This document shows, in pieces, positions 1 to 6,450 of a stretch of 46,292 nt of DNA. The stretch is from IMG/VR virus record IMGVR_UViG_3300031464_000003, one strand, 5' to 3'. The stretch is from a virus. Each line of letters begins with the position of its first letter. Positions within the stretch are counted from its first letter, which is position 1. The notes beneath the pieces are model-generated. The model did no database searches. It saw only the letters and a program-made list of their open reading frames with translations, and was not told where the DNA came from. The translations under genes and the position numbers were made by a program.

Positions 1-127
1 CCGCGCCTGCCGCTCTGGGAGCATGCGGAGTTTCGCCGCCGACTCCTCGATGAGGAGTTCTTCGAGTACGAGGCCGCGTCTTATGGCTTCTCGCTGGAGA
101 AGATCGCGAACGCCCTCGCAGACATGG
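1..127. repeat. Terminal direct repeat, copy 1 (identical to 46166-46292); circular-assembly overlap
   Basis: All 127 nt (ccgcgcctgccgctctgg...ctcgcagacatgg) recur exactly at the 3' end of the window, and the repeat lies inside one continuous ORF. Confidence 0.95.
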
Positions 128-330
128 TGTACGACATCTACGGCACCGCCCTCGTCTACGGCATCCCGCTGGACGATGTGATCGCCGAGGTGCACCGCTC
201 CAATATGACCAAGCTCGGGGCGGACGGGAAGCCGATCTATGACGAGCGTGGAAAGGTCCTCGAAGGGCCGAACTACGAGCCACCGAGGATCGCTGAGGTG
301 CTGGCCCGAGCCGAGCGGAGCAATGGATGA
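1..330 (+). CDS. MazG-like NTP pyrophosphohydrolase, 3' part (gene crosses the circular junction; 5' part at 46103-46292)
   Basis: Frame 1 is open from nt 1 and continues the ORF starting at GTG 46103. The acidic helix LLDEEFFEYEAA and the ADMVYDIYG segment are typical of all-alpha MazG/HisE-type NTP-PPases. Stop is TGA 328-330. Confidence 0.65.
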   Translation, partial: PRLPLWEHAEFRRRLLDEEFFEYEAASYGFSLEKIANALADMVYDIYGTALVYGIPLDDVIAEVHRSNMTKLGADGKPIYDERGKVLEGPNYEPPRIAEVLARAERSNG

Positions 331-442
331 CCTCGAACTGATCGAGATTGGGCGTTGGCTCCAGGACCACGGGTTCAGGGTTGTGCGTATTGATCGCACG
401 AGTGGCGAGATTGTGGTGAAGGTCGAAGAGGATGGCGCTTGA
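323..442 (+). CDS. Hypothetical protein (39 aa)
   Basis: ATG 323 overlaps the upstream stop (ATGGATGA). Sequence MDDLELIEIGRWLQDHGFRVVRIDRTSGEIVVKVEEDGA. The 3' end overlaps the next start, consistent with translational coupling. Confidence 0.45.
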   Translation: MDDLELIEIGRWLQDHGFRVVRIDRTSGEIVVKVEEDGA

Positions 443-1175
443 GTGGGTTGTACTCCCAGACTTCCAGGTCCCTTTTCATGACGAGGGGTTTCTGGATGAG
501 CTGGTGGAGTACATCAAGTGGGCGAAGCCCAACAGGGGTTTGCTCCACGTTGGCGATGAGATCGACCAGCCTCAGACGTCCCGCTACTGCAAGGGCAAGG
601 CTGGCGAGTTCGAGGGAACGCTACAGGAGCACATTGACATGACGCGGGAGGTGATGGCCCGTTTTCGGGCCGCCATCCCGCGGACCAGGGAGTTCCACGT
701 GAGCCGGTCCAACCACACAGACCGGCTAGAGAAGTACGTCAAGGATTACGCGCCCGCGATCGCGGGCCTGCGGGAAGTGCAGACTGAGGTTCTGCTTGGC
801 TACGACAAGCTGGGGATTATCTACCACCGGCAGCCGTGGGAGTTCGCTCCTGGCTGGATGCTGGCCCACGGGGATGAGGGCAGCCTGTCACGGATCGCCG
901 GCCGCACGGCCGCCAACCTCGCGGCCAAGTGGGGCAAGAGCGTGGTCTGTGGTCACACCCACAGGTTGGGGCTCATCCCCCACAGCGTGGGCGTGAACGG
1001 TGAGCTGACCACCTACTGGGGCGTGGAGGTTGGTCACGCCATGGATGTACGCAAGGCCAGCTACCTGAAGGCCGGTTCCGCGGACTGGCAGCAGGGGTTT
1101 GGCTTGGTGTTTCGCAACGGGGACCGCGTGACCGTCCAGGCGGTCCCCCGCGAAGGGTTGGGTGGTTTCCGGTGA
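432..1175 (+). CDS. Calcineurin-like metallophosphoesterase
   Basis: 247 aa carrying the ordered motifs DFQVPFHD, GDEID, SNHTDR, HGDE and GHTH. Confidence 0.8.
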   Translation: MALEWVVLPDFQVPFHDEGFLDELVEYIKWAKPNRGLLHVGDEIDQPQTSRYCKGKAGEFEGTLQEHIDMTREVMARFRAAIPRTREFHVSRSNHTDRLEKYVKDYAPAIAGLREVQTEVLLGYDKLGIIYHRQPWEFAPGWMLAHGDEGSLSRIAGRTAANLAAKWGKSVVCGHTHRLGLIPHSVGVNGELTTYWGVEVGHAMDVRKASYLKAGSADWQQGFGLVFRNGDRVTVQAVPREGLGGFR

Positions 1176-1861
1176 GCCTGAGGGAGGAGGACATTGAGTT
1201 CCTGACGCCGCTCGTGGCGCAGGTGGCGAACCACCTCAAGGGCAAGTATCCGATGCTGGATCGAGCGGATCTAGCTCAGGAGTGCTGGGCGTGGGCGCTG
1301 TCCCGCCCCAAGAAGGTTGCCGAGTTGGCCGACGAGGGCAACGAGGCGCTGACCGTCTGGCTGATGAGGCAGGCGGTGCGCGCCTGGGCTGAGAAGGAGA
1401 AGGCGGCCCGGGCCGGGTACAGCGTTGACGACCTCTACTGGTACACCACCAGGGAGCTGGCCGTGCTCGTGGAGGCGATGCTTGACCCTGCGGCTTGGCA
1501 CAAGCCCCTCCAGGACGGCCTGGAGGGGCGCTCTGGCGGCGGAGATCCGGCCGTAGGGGGCAACTGGGTGGCCACCCTGGCGGACGTCTCTAGGGCTTTC
1601 TCCAGGCTGTCTGAGCCTGACCGCCGGCTACTGTTCCAGCGGTACCGCATGGGCTTGTCCGCCCAGGAGTTGGCCCGCTGGTATGGGGTGAGCAAGGCAA
1701 CCACCTACCGGTGGGTGGAGGGTGCCCTGCGGCGCCTCCAGGAGCAGTTGGGTGGCGAGCGTCCCGAGGTGGATCGGGTGGATGACCCGTCGCCGATTCC
1801 GCGGAGGCACCGCAGAGCCTCTGACCTAGCGACGATTGCTAAACAGTATGACGACGAGTAA
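1172..1861 (+). CDS. Sigma-70-family (ECF-like) sigma factor candidate
   Basis: GTGA start/stop overlap with the upstream gene. C-terminal region-4-like HTH: RLLFQRYRMGLSAQELARWYGVSKATTYRWVEGALRRLQ. It is the last gene of the rightward operon, before the hairpin zone. Confidence 0.6.
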   Translation: MSLREEDIEFLTPLVAQVANHLKGKYPMLDRADLAQECWAWALSRPKKVAELADEGNEALTVWLMRQAVRAWAEKEKAARAGYSVDDLYWYTTRELAVLVEAMLDPAAWHKPLQDGLEGRSGGGDPAVGGNWVATLADVSRAFSRLSEPDRRLLFQRYRMGLSAQELARWYGVSKATTYRWVEGALRRLQEQLGGERPEVDRVDDPSPIPRRHRRASDLATIAKQYDDE

Positions 1862-1866
1862 GACGA

Positions 1867-1890
1867 AGCCCCAGCCATACGGCTGGGGCT
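1867..1890 (+). terminator. Hairpin after the sigma-factor gene (first of about 6 hairpins in 1862-2100)
   Basis: 10-bp stem agccccagcc/ggctggggct with loop atac, 6 nt after the stop. There is no T tract, so it is factor-independent only by analogy with actinobacterial terminators. Confidence 0.5.
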
Positions 1891-2071
1891 CGGTCGTCTA
1901 GTCCCCTCGAAGGGGCGATAAGGCCCCCACTAGTGTGGGGAGGTGTTGCGGAACCCTCTCGGGTCACCCCCACAGTGGGGACGTTGCAAGCGATGCCCGC
2001 AACGCTGCGACCCCTCGCAGGGTCGATGATGCGGAGCATCATAGCAGGCGGCTGCGGGTTCGTCTAGAGAC

Positions 2072-2100
2072 ACAAAAACGACCCCGCCGAAGCGGGGCCG
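2072..2100 (-). terminator. Canonical intrinsic terminator (minus strand)
   Basis: Minus-strand reading: cggccccgc-ttcg-gcggggtcg followed by TTTTT. Confidence 0.75.
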
Positions 2101-2164
2101 TCAGGGCCAGGCCATTGCTGACCTGGTGAGGAATACCTACAGGATAGCACGTCCTGTCAACAGG

Positions 2165-2192
2165 AAAACACCCCCACCCGAAGGTGGGGGTG
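2165..2192 (-). terminator. Canonical intrinsic terminator of the 37-codon ORF
   Basis: Minus-strand reading: cacccccacc-ttcg-ggtgggggtg followed by TTTT, 30 nt after the stop at 2222. Confidence 0.8.
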
Positions 2193-2221
2193 TCGTGATA
2201 CCTAAAGGATACCGCTTCTTG

Positions 2222-2335
2222 TCAAGCGCCCTCGCCCTTGTCGGGCTTGCCGAGTACCCAGTGGCAGAACGCCCCCAGGATGATCATGAAGACCCAGGTC
2301 ATGAGGACGATCGCGAAACCATCGACGTAGTCCAT
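2222..2335 (-). CDS. Small hydrophobic peptide (37 aa), toxin-like/moron candidate
   Basis: Below the ORF-track cutoff. Sequence MDYVDGFAIVLMTWVFMIILGAFCHWVLGKPDKGEGA, with one TM helix. SD GGGAGGA sits 6 nt before the ATG. It has its own promoter (2470-2498) and terminator (2165-2192). Confidence 0.55.
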   Translation of the reverse strand: MDYVDGFAIVLMTWVFMIILGAFCHWVLGKPDKGEGA

Positions 2336-2355
2336 TGGCAGTCCTCCCTAACGCA

Positions 2356-2394
2356 GGAAGCCCCCGTCGGGGGGTGGGGTGGACGGGGGCTTCC
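2356..2394 (-). other. 13-bp GC hairpin in the 5' UTR of the 37-codon ORF
   Basis: ggaagcccccgtc / gacgggggcttcc with a 13-nt loop, lying between the promoter and the SD. Confidence 0.7.
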
Positions 2395-2469
2395 GCTGGG
2401 CCTGACCTGGGAGCATCTGTAAGGCACTGGAATGGGAGGTAGGGCTTACGCCCCAGGTCATTCCCCCGA

Positions 2470-2498
2470 ATAGTAGCATTGGAAGTTGCTTTTGTCAA
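2470..2498 (-). promoter_or_regulatory. Sigma-70-type promoter TTGACA-17-TACTAT
   Basis: Minus-strand reading: gcTTGACAaaagcaacttccaatgcTACTATtcg. The -35 is at 2493-2498 and the -10 at 2470-2475. Confidence 0.65.
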
Positions 2499-2505
2499 GC
2501 CAAAT

Positions 2506-2536
2506 GAAGCCCCGAGGACCCCCACCTCGGGGCTTC
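2506..2536 (-). terminator. Hairpin terminator downstream of whiB
   Basis: 12-bp stem gaagccccgagg/cctcggggcttc, followed on the minus strand by ATTTGG. Confidence 0.6.
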
Positions 2537-2616
2537 GCGACGGAGTTAGGCCGGCTGCTGGACAGCAGACCCGCGGGTCACCCACGAATCCGACCGGACC
2601 TGCGCTCCCTCAGTGC

Positions 2617-2871
2617 TCATGCGACCTCCCCGGCTCGCTGCCCAGCCGCTGTCAGCGGCACAGGCCGGCCAAACTTCAGGAAGACCCCGCCCCAGACGCC
2701 CCACTCGCGGCGTCGACGGGCGCCCCGGTAGCACTCCCGCCTCAGCGGGCAGTCCTGGCAGACCGCGATAGCCTCCTTCAGGTCTTCAGGGTTCTCGGAA
2801 AAAAACAACTCAGGGTCATAATCGGTGCACGGGGGCGCGCCTTTAAGCGCAGCGACGATCTCTTGAAACAT
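2617..2871 (-). CDS. whiB: WhiB-family (Wbl) transcription factor
   Basis: 84 aa with four Cys in the Wbl pattern (PPCTDYDPELFF ... AIAVCQDCPLRRECY) followed by the WGVWGG turn and a basic tail. Confidence 0.85.
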   Translation of the reverse strand: MFQEIVAALKGAPPCTDYDPELFFSENPEDLKEAIAVCQDCPLRRECYRGARRRREWGVWGGVFLKFGRPVPLTAAGQRAGEVA

Positions 2872-3136
2872 CGCTTTGTGCTTCTACCTTCCCGGTGTTC
2901 CGTAGATACTCCATGACCGCGCCGAAGGCCGCCAAGCGGCCCTCAATTACTGGCGCGTAAGGTGAACGATTCCCCCGTGTCGAAAGGAACTTCTCACAGT
3001 CCTGCATTTTGGCTCGGCAGAACCTGACCAGGTCCTTCCGAAATCGCTCTTCGATGCGGCGGGAGGCCACCTCCTTGGCCTCCCGCACGCGCTCCGCCAT
3101 CTCCGTTGGTGTGTAAAACCGCCTCGGGGCCGTCAC
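2843..3136 (-). CDS. Hypothetical protein (97 aa)
   Basis: ORF in the leftward block. ATGA overlap with the upstream gene at 3133-3136 and a 29-nt overlap with whiB. Confidence 0.5.
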   Translation of the reverse strand: MTAPRRFYTPTEMAERVREAKEVASRRIEERFRKDLVRFCRAKMQDCEKFLSTRGNRSPYAPVIEGRLAAFGAVMEYLRNTGKVEAQSDVSRDRRCA

Positions 3137-3537
3137 GCGGCCCTCCCGCGTCGCTTGGCGCGTCTCGCGGACTCCTCCACCGCCTTCTGGTGAGCCGGCG
3201 GCAGCTCGGGCATCCTGACCGGCTCGTCAGCCGCCTCGACCGCCTTCTCAGCGTGTCGCTCGGGCCAGAGCTTGCAGATTCCGAAACGTTGCCCCTCGAT
3301 CAGTGGGACCTTGCCTTTGGCCACCGCGGTCTCGGCTTGTTTCTGGGTGCCGAATGGCCCGTAGGCGTACATCAGCCGCCCGTCTCCGGTGGCCACAACC
3401 ACCGCCCAGGAGGGCCGGTCGGACCGCAGGTCCTCCAGGGCCTGGATGATCCGACCGGCAAGCTCCTCGGCGTCCTCGGCAGGCTCCTGGAGGAGCGCTG
3501 CCACGGCACGTACCTCAGTGGGGCGCGGCCTCGCCAC
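3133..3537 (-). CDS. Hypothetical protein (134 aa from GTG 3537)
   Basis: The track start ATG 3555 lies inside the SD-like motif GAATGGGAGGGAGG. GTG 3537 sits 6 nt after that SD. The start remains uncertain (3555, 3537 or 3504). Confidence 0.55.
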   Translation of the reverse strand: MARPRPTEVRAVAALLQEPAEDAEELAGRIIQALEDLRSDRPSWAVVVATGDGRLMYAYGPFGTQKQAETAVAKGKVPLIEGQRFGICKLWPERHAEKAVEAADEPVRMPELPPAHQKAVEESARRAKRRGRAA

Positions 3538-3706
3538 GCCTCGCCTCCCTCCCATTCAACGTCAGCGCGGTGCTCACCGCCTCCCGTTCCGTGTAGTGGT
3601 GGCTGACTGGTTGCCCCGTCAGCGTGTCTGTGACCTGCCACTGGTAGTTACCAGGCCCTAAGTCCAGCTCGACGATGTACCGTTCAGGTGTGATAGACTC
3701 GCTCAC
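3515..3706 (-). CDS. Hypothetical protein (63 aa)
   Basis: GTG start preceded by GGAAGGAGAG. Confidence 0.55.
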   Translation of the reverse strand: MSESITPERYIVELDLGPGNYQWQVTDTLTGQPVSHHYTEREAVSTALTLNGREARRGEAAPH

Positions 3707-3730
3707 GATCTCTCCTTCCCGGTGAGATTG

Positions 3731-3757
3731 CAGGCCCCCGGCCCGTCCGGGGGCCTG
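3731..3757 (-). terminator. Intercistronic 11-bp hairpin
   Basis: caggcccccgg / ccgggggcctg with loop cccgt, 9 nt after the stop at 3766. Confidence 0.5.
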
Positions 3758-3765
3758 CCCGTTTC

Positions 3766-3912
3766 CTAGCCATTCTCGGTAGCGATTTCCCTGCGCCAGC
3801 GCTGCCGGTCCCGCCGCTTCCTGCGGCGGCGTTCCCGCCTATCGAGCGGGCGCCGGCAGTCTGGGCAGACGCAGAGGCCGATCCGGTGCAGCCGACGCCC
3901 GATCCATCTCAT
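3766..3912 (-). CDS. Small basic Cys-containing protein (48 aa)
   Basis: ATGA overlap with the upstream stop (3909-3912). Sequence MRWIGRRLHRIGLCVCPDCRRPLDRRERRRRKRRDRQRWRREIATENG. Confidence 0.5.
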   Translation of the reverse strand: MRWIGRRLHRIGLCVCPDCRRPLDRRERRRRKRRDRQRWRREIATENG

Positions 3913-4346
3913 GGCTCCAGCCACCCGCGCTTGTTTGCCGCGTGCAAGGCGGCGCCCAGGGCGCACGTCTCTTCGACATTCCCGTACCTGCCGAAGCATT
4001 GCCTGGTGTCCTCGCAGCCCTCGCGAATCAAGTCCGCCAGGGTGATGGACTGCTTTTCCCCGCTTGGGGCGACGACCCGAAGGTCAATCGGCAAGGTGTC
4101 AAGCCAATCTGCGATCTGCTCTCGCTTCCACTTGTGATCATCGTTAAGGTGTACAGCCACCGTGTCGAGGGAGCCTCCCTGCCACTCGTCATCGCATGCC
4201 GGGCAGTCCTGATACTCAGCAGACCCGGGTACGAGTTCAATGACTCGCCCACCCCACCAGGCGTAGTACCGCTCCGACGTCGGCTCCGGTGGCGTGGTGT
4301 TGTCGCAGGTGTCAGGGTCGGGGCAATGGAATCCGTACTCGCACAT
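3909..4346 (-). CDS. Hypothetical protein (145 aa)
   Basis: SD GGAGGAG lies before ATG 4346. Acidic and Cys-rich (CPDPDTC, CPAC). Confidence 0.6.
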   Translation of the reverse strand: MCEYGFHCPDPDTCDNTTPPEPTSERYYAWWGGRVIELVPGSAEYQDCPACDDEWQGGSLDTVAVHLNDDHKWKREQIADWLDTLPIDLRVVAPSGEKQSITLADLIREGCEDTRQCFGRYGNVEETCALGAALHAANKRGWLEP

Positions 4347-4362
4347 AGCTCCTCCAATCAGA

Positions 4363-4397
4363 ACGGCGCCCCCGGGGCGGTTCCCCGAGGGCGCCGT
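4363..4397 (-). terminator. Long intercistronic hairpin
   Basis: Outer stem acggcgccc / gggcgccgt (9 bp) plus an inner 5-bp stem, 13 nt after the stop at 4410. Confidence 0.55.
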
Positions 4398-4409
4398 GGC
4401 GGTTGATTC

Positions 4410-5051
4410 CTACTGCAAGCTGCGGGCTACCCGCAATTCATCGCGAAGCTCGGTCAGGTAGTCTTTGCAACCGAAGAGGATTTGACACACGAAAGGATTC
4501 GACTTCGCCTCCTCGGCCTGCTCGGCGGCGATCCTCTCCAACTCCTCATCGGTCGTGTCCGCGGTGATCCCCAATTCGTCGACGGTGCAGTAGTGGAGAT
4601 AGTCCGCCGCATCCGTCTCGACGACCCGCCCACCGTCCTCAGCAATGCGATCGATCGCCTGCTGGGCCTCCCCCCGGGCGCGCTCGCCATCAGCGTCCAG
4701 GTACCCGTAGCGGGTCCCGTTCTCCCAATGGACTTTGGCCCCAGAGAGAATGCGGCGAGCGATCGGGGCAACGGCATCCAGAATTTCGTTCGCCGTCTTC
4801 GCCGTCGGGATGGTTGGCACGGGCCAGCGGAGCACAACATTCTCGTACTCGCCGTAGACCTTGCTCCCCCCGGGGATCGGGTCGGTCTCAATCGTAAGGT
4901 CCCCGGTTGCCAGGTCCAGGAAAACGCCCACCTGTTGTGCGAAGCCATCCCCTGTGTAGTGGATGTAGAGGGCGTCCGGCTCCAGCTCGGTTACGTAGGT
5001 GACCTTCAGCCGGTCGGCACGGATGTTTTCGAGATCCTTCGATTCGGTCAT
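4410..5051 (-). CDS. Hypothetical protein (213 aa)
   Basis: Long ORF with the SD-like leader AGGAATGAGAGGAAACCA before the ATG. Confidence 0.65.
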   Translation of the reverse strand: MTESKDLENIRADRLKVTYVTELEPDALYIHYTGDGFAQQVGVFLDLATGDLTIETDPIPGGSKVYGEYENVVLRWPVPTIPTAKTANEILDAVAPIARRILSGAKVHWENGTRYGYLDADGERARGEAQQAIDRIAEDGGRVVETDAADYLHYCTVDELGITADTTDEELERIAAEQAEEAKSNPFVCQILFGCKDYLTELRDELRVARSLQ

Positions 5052-5078
5052 TGGTTTCCTCTCATTCCTGGTTGTTGG

Positions 5079-5131
5079 CTAGTGGTCCAGTGAGGCCCAC
5101 GTGCAAGACGTGGGCCAGGCTGGAGCGCTAG
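5079..5131 (-). repeat. CTAG-flanked extended intercistronic hairpin, family A
   Basis: CTAGTGGTCCAGTGA-[ggcccacgt gcaag acgtgggcc]-AGGCTGGAGCGCTAG. The right CTAG contains the stop of the 5128 gene. Confidence 0.8.
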
Positions 5132-5775
5132 TCGTCGCCCGCCTCCCCCTTCATCCAATTGCTGACCATCTCGTGCGCCTCGTCCATGTCGGCGCACAGG
5201 GTAAAGGCGTAGACATCCCCGTAGCGGTACACCACATACCAGTCGTCACCACCTTTCGCCGTGACGGCGCCGAGAGCTGGCGTAAGCATGATCGGGGTAT
5301 CGTCCGTGGTGCTCCACAGCAGGCTACCCACCTCCTGAAGGAGGTGATCACGGCCTTCCGCTAGATCGCGGTAGAAAAAGTGCTGGGTGGTGCGTGGATT
5401 GGAGATCCGGCCCACCGGGCCGAACTGGGGCACGTCGAACAGCGCGTATTCCTCCTCGCTGATCCACAGCGACCAGACGGGATTCCTGCCGCTCAGCACC
5501 TCCCTGATCTCGTTGCTCCTGTCTTCGCTGACCCAGACGACGTTCCGGCGGTCGCTGTGAACCTTGTCAAGCCATTTCCTGGCCAGATCCAGGTTCTCAA
5601 AGTGCGCCCGAAACTCGTCATAGGTGCGAAGTGGGAACCAGGGGAACCCTGCCGCACCCCAAAGCCCCTCGCCGTCTTCGTTGGTTCGGAAGCTCATCTC
5701 GTGACCACCCGGGTAGCGGACGACCCACTCATAGCCCTTCTCCCCGTACTGCCGAATATCAGCGACTTTGTTCAT
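5128..5775 (-). CDS. Hypothetical protein (215 aa from ATG 5775)
   Basis: ATG 5775 is preceded by GGTGATGGAGGAGCG. The upstream ATG 5802 lacks an SD. Confidence 0.65.
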   Translation of the reverse strand: MNKVADIRQYGEKGYEWVVRYPGGHEMSFRTNEDGEGLWGAAGFPWFPLRTYDEFRAHFENLDLARKWLDKVHSDRRNVVWVSEDRSNEIREVLSGRNPVWSLWISEEEYALFDVPQFGPVGRISNPRTTQHFFYRDLAEGRDHLLQEVGSLLWSTTDDTPIMLTPALGAVTAKGGDDWYVVYRYGDVYAFTLCADMDEAHEMVSNWMKGEAGDD

Positions 5776-5856
5776 CGCTCCTCCATCACCGCTCTTTCCC
5801 AACCTGTTCCATGACGATCCACTTGGCCTTCCAGTTGCCCCCTTGTGGAAGGGCCC

Positions 5857-5919
5857 CTAGTGACCCAGTGATGGGGCCAGTCTGCGCTGGCCCCAAGGCT
5901 GGACCACCAGGTACGCTAG
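5857..5919 (-). repeat. CTAG-flanked extended intercistronic hairpin, family A
   Basis: CTAGTGACCCAGTGA-[tggggccag tctgcg ctggcccca]-AGGCTGGA...CGCTAG. The flanks match 5079-5131 but the inner stem has a different sequence. Confidence 0.8.
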
Positions 5920-5922
5920 AGC

Positions 5923-6366
5923 CTAGTCGTCCACGCCCTCCTCCTCCTCCTCCGCCTCTAGCCACTCCACAAGCGCCCGCACGGCGTCTCGGTAGGCGCC
6001 GTACAGGGCCACCGCAACCGCATCGTGGGCGTAGACCGTGGCGTACTCGTGGTTACCGAACTGAAAGGCGCTCGCGTCCATCTCCACCTCTTGTAGGTCT
6101 TGATGCCAGGCCGCCGCGATAAGCGCGTACTCCTGCGCCTGCTTGCGGAAGTAGGCGGGGATCAGGCCGTCGGCAAGCTCATGGATAGCCTCAGCGCGCC
6201 TAGCCGGATCTGTCAGCATTCCCGCCTCGATCGCTTCGGCCACCTGGTCACGAACGCTTTCAAGGATCTGGCGCCCCAGCTTGGTTTCAATATCCTCCTC
6301 AATGCCCAGTCCGGTGATTGCGTCAATCTGGCCAAGGGTCAGGCCACGAACCTTCGCAGCGTCCAT
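5923..6366 (-). CDS. Hypothetical acidic protein (147 aa)
   Basis: The leader GGGAATAGAGGGAGAGATCA precedes the ATG. The C-terminus is EEEEEGVDD. Confidence 0.6.
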   Translation of the reverse strand: MDAAKVRGLTLGQIDAITGLGIEEDIETKLGRQILESVRDQVAEAIEAGMLTDPARRAEAIHELADGLIPAYFRKQAQEYALIAAAWHQDLQEVEMDASAFQFGNHEYATVYAHDAVAVALYGAYRDAVRALVEWLEAEEEEEGVDD

Positions 6367-6394
6367 TGATCTCTCCCTCTATTCCCGGTGTGTC

Positions 6395-6446
6395 CTAGCG
6401 GACAGGACGGGGCCGGGACCGTGCCCGGCCCCATGCTGACCGCTAG
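6395..6446 (-). repeat. CTAG-flanked extended intercistronic hairpin, family B
   Basis: CTAGCGGACAGGAC-[ggggccggg accgtg cccggcccc]-ATGCTGACCGCTAG. The outer stem is 7 bp and the inner stem 9 bp. Confidence 0.8.
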
Positions 6447-6450
6447 AGGC

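Noticed and set aside
2206-2229. TTGACA at 2224-2229 (minus strand) as another promoter
   Set aside because: The hexamer overlaps the stop codon of the mini-ORF. No acceptable -10 follows at 16-18 nt, and a terminator comes immediately after.
2126-2585. ORFs 2126-2422 (+) and 2202-2585 (-)
   Set aside because: They span two terminators, a promoter and the UTR hairpins of the 37-codon mini-gene. Their sequences are low-complexity and they lack an SD.
3538-3555. ATG 3555 (and similar in-motif ATGs at 8195, 8395, 8968, 9363, 6972, 7282, 5802) as true starts
   Set aside because: These ATGs lie inside or upstream of the conserved GGAATGGGAGG leader or the intercistronic hairpins. Downstream starts have correctly spaced SDs.
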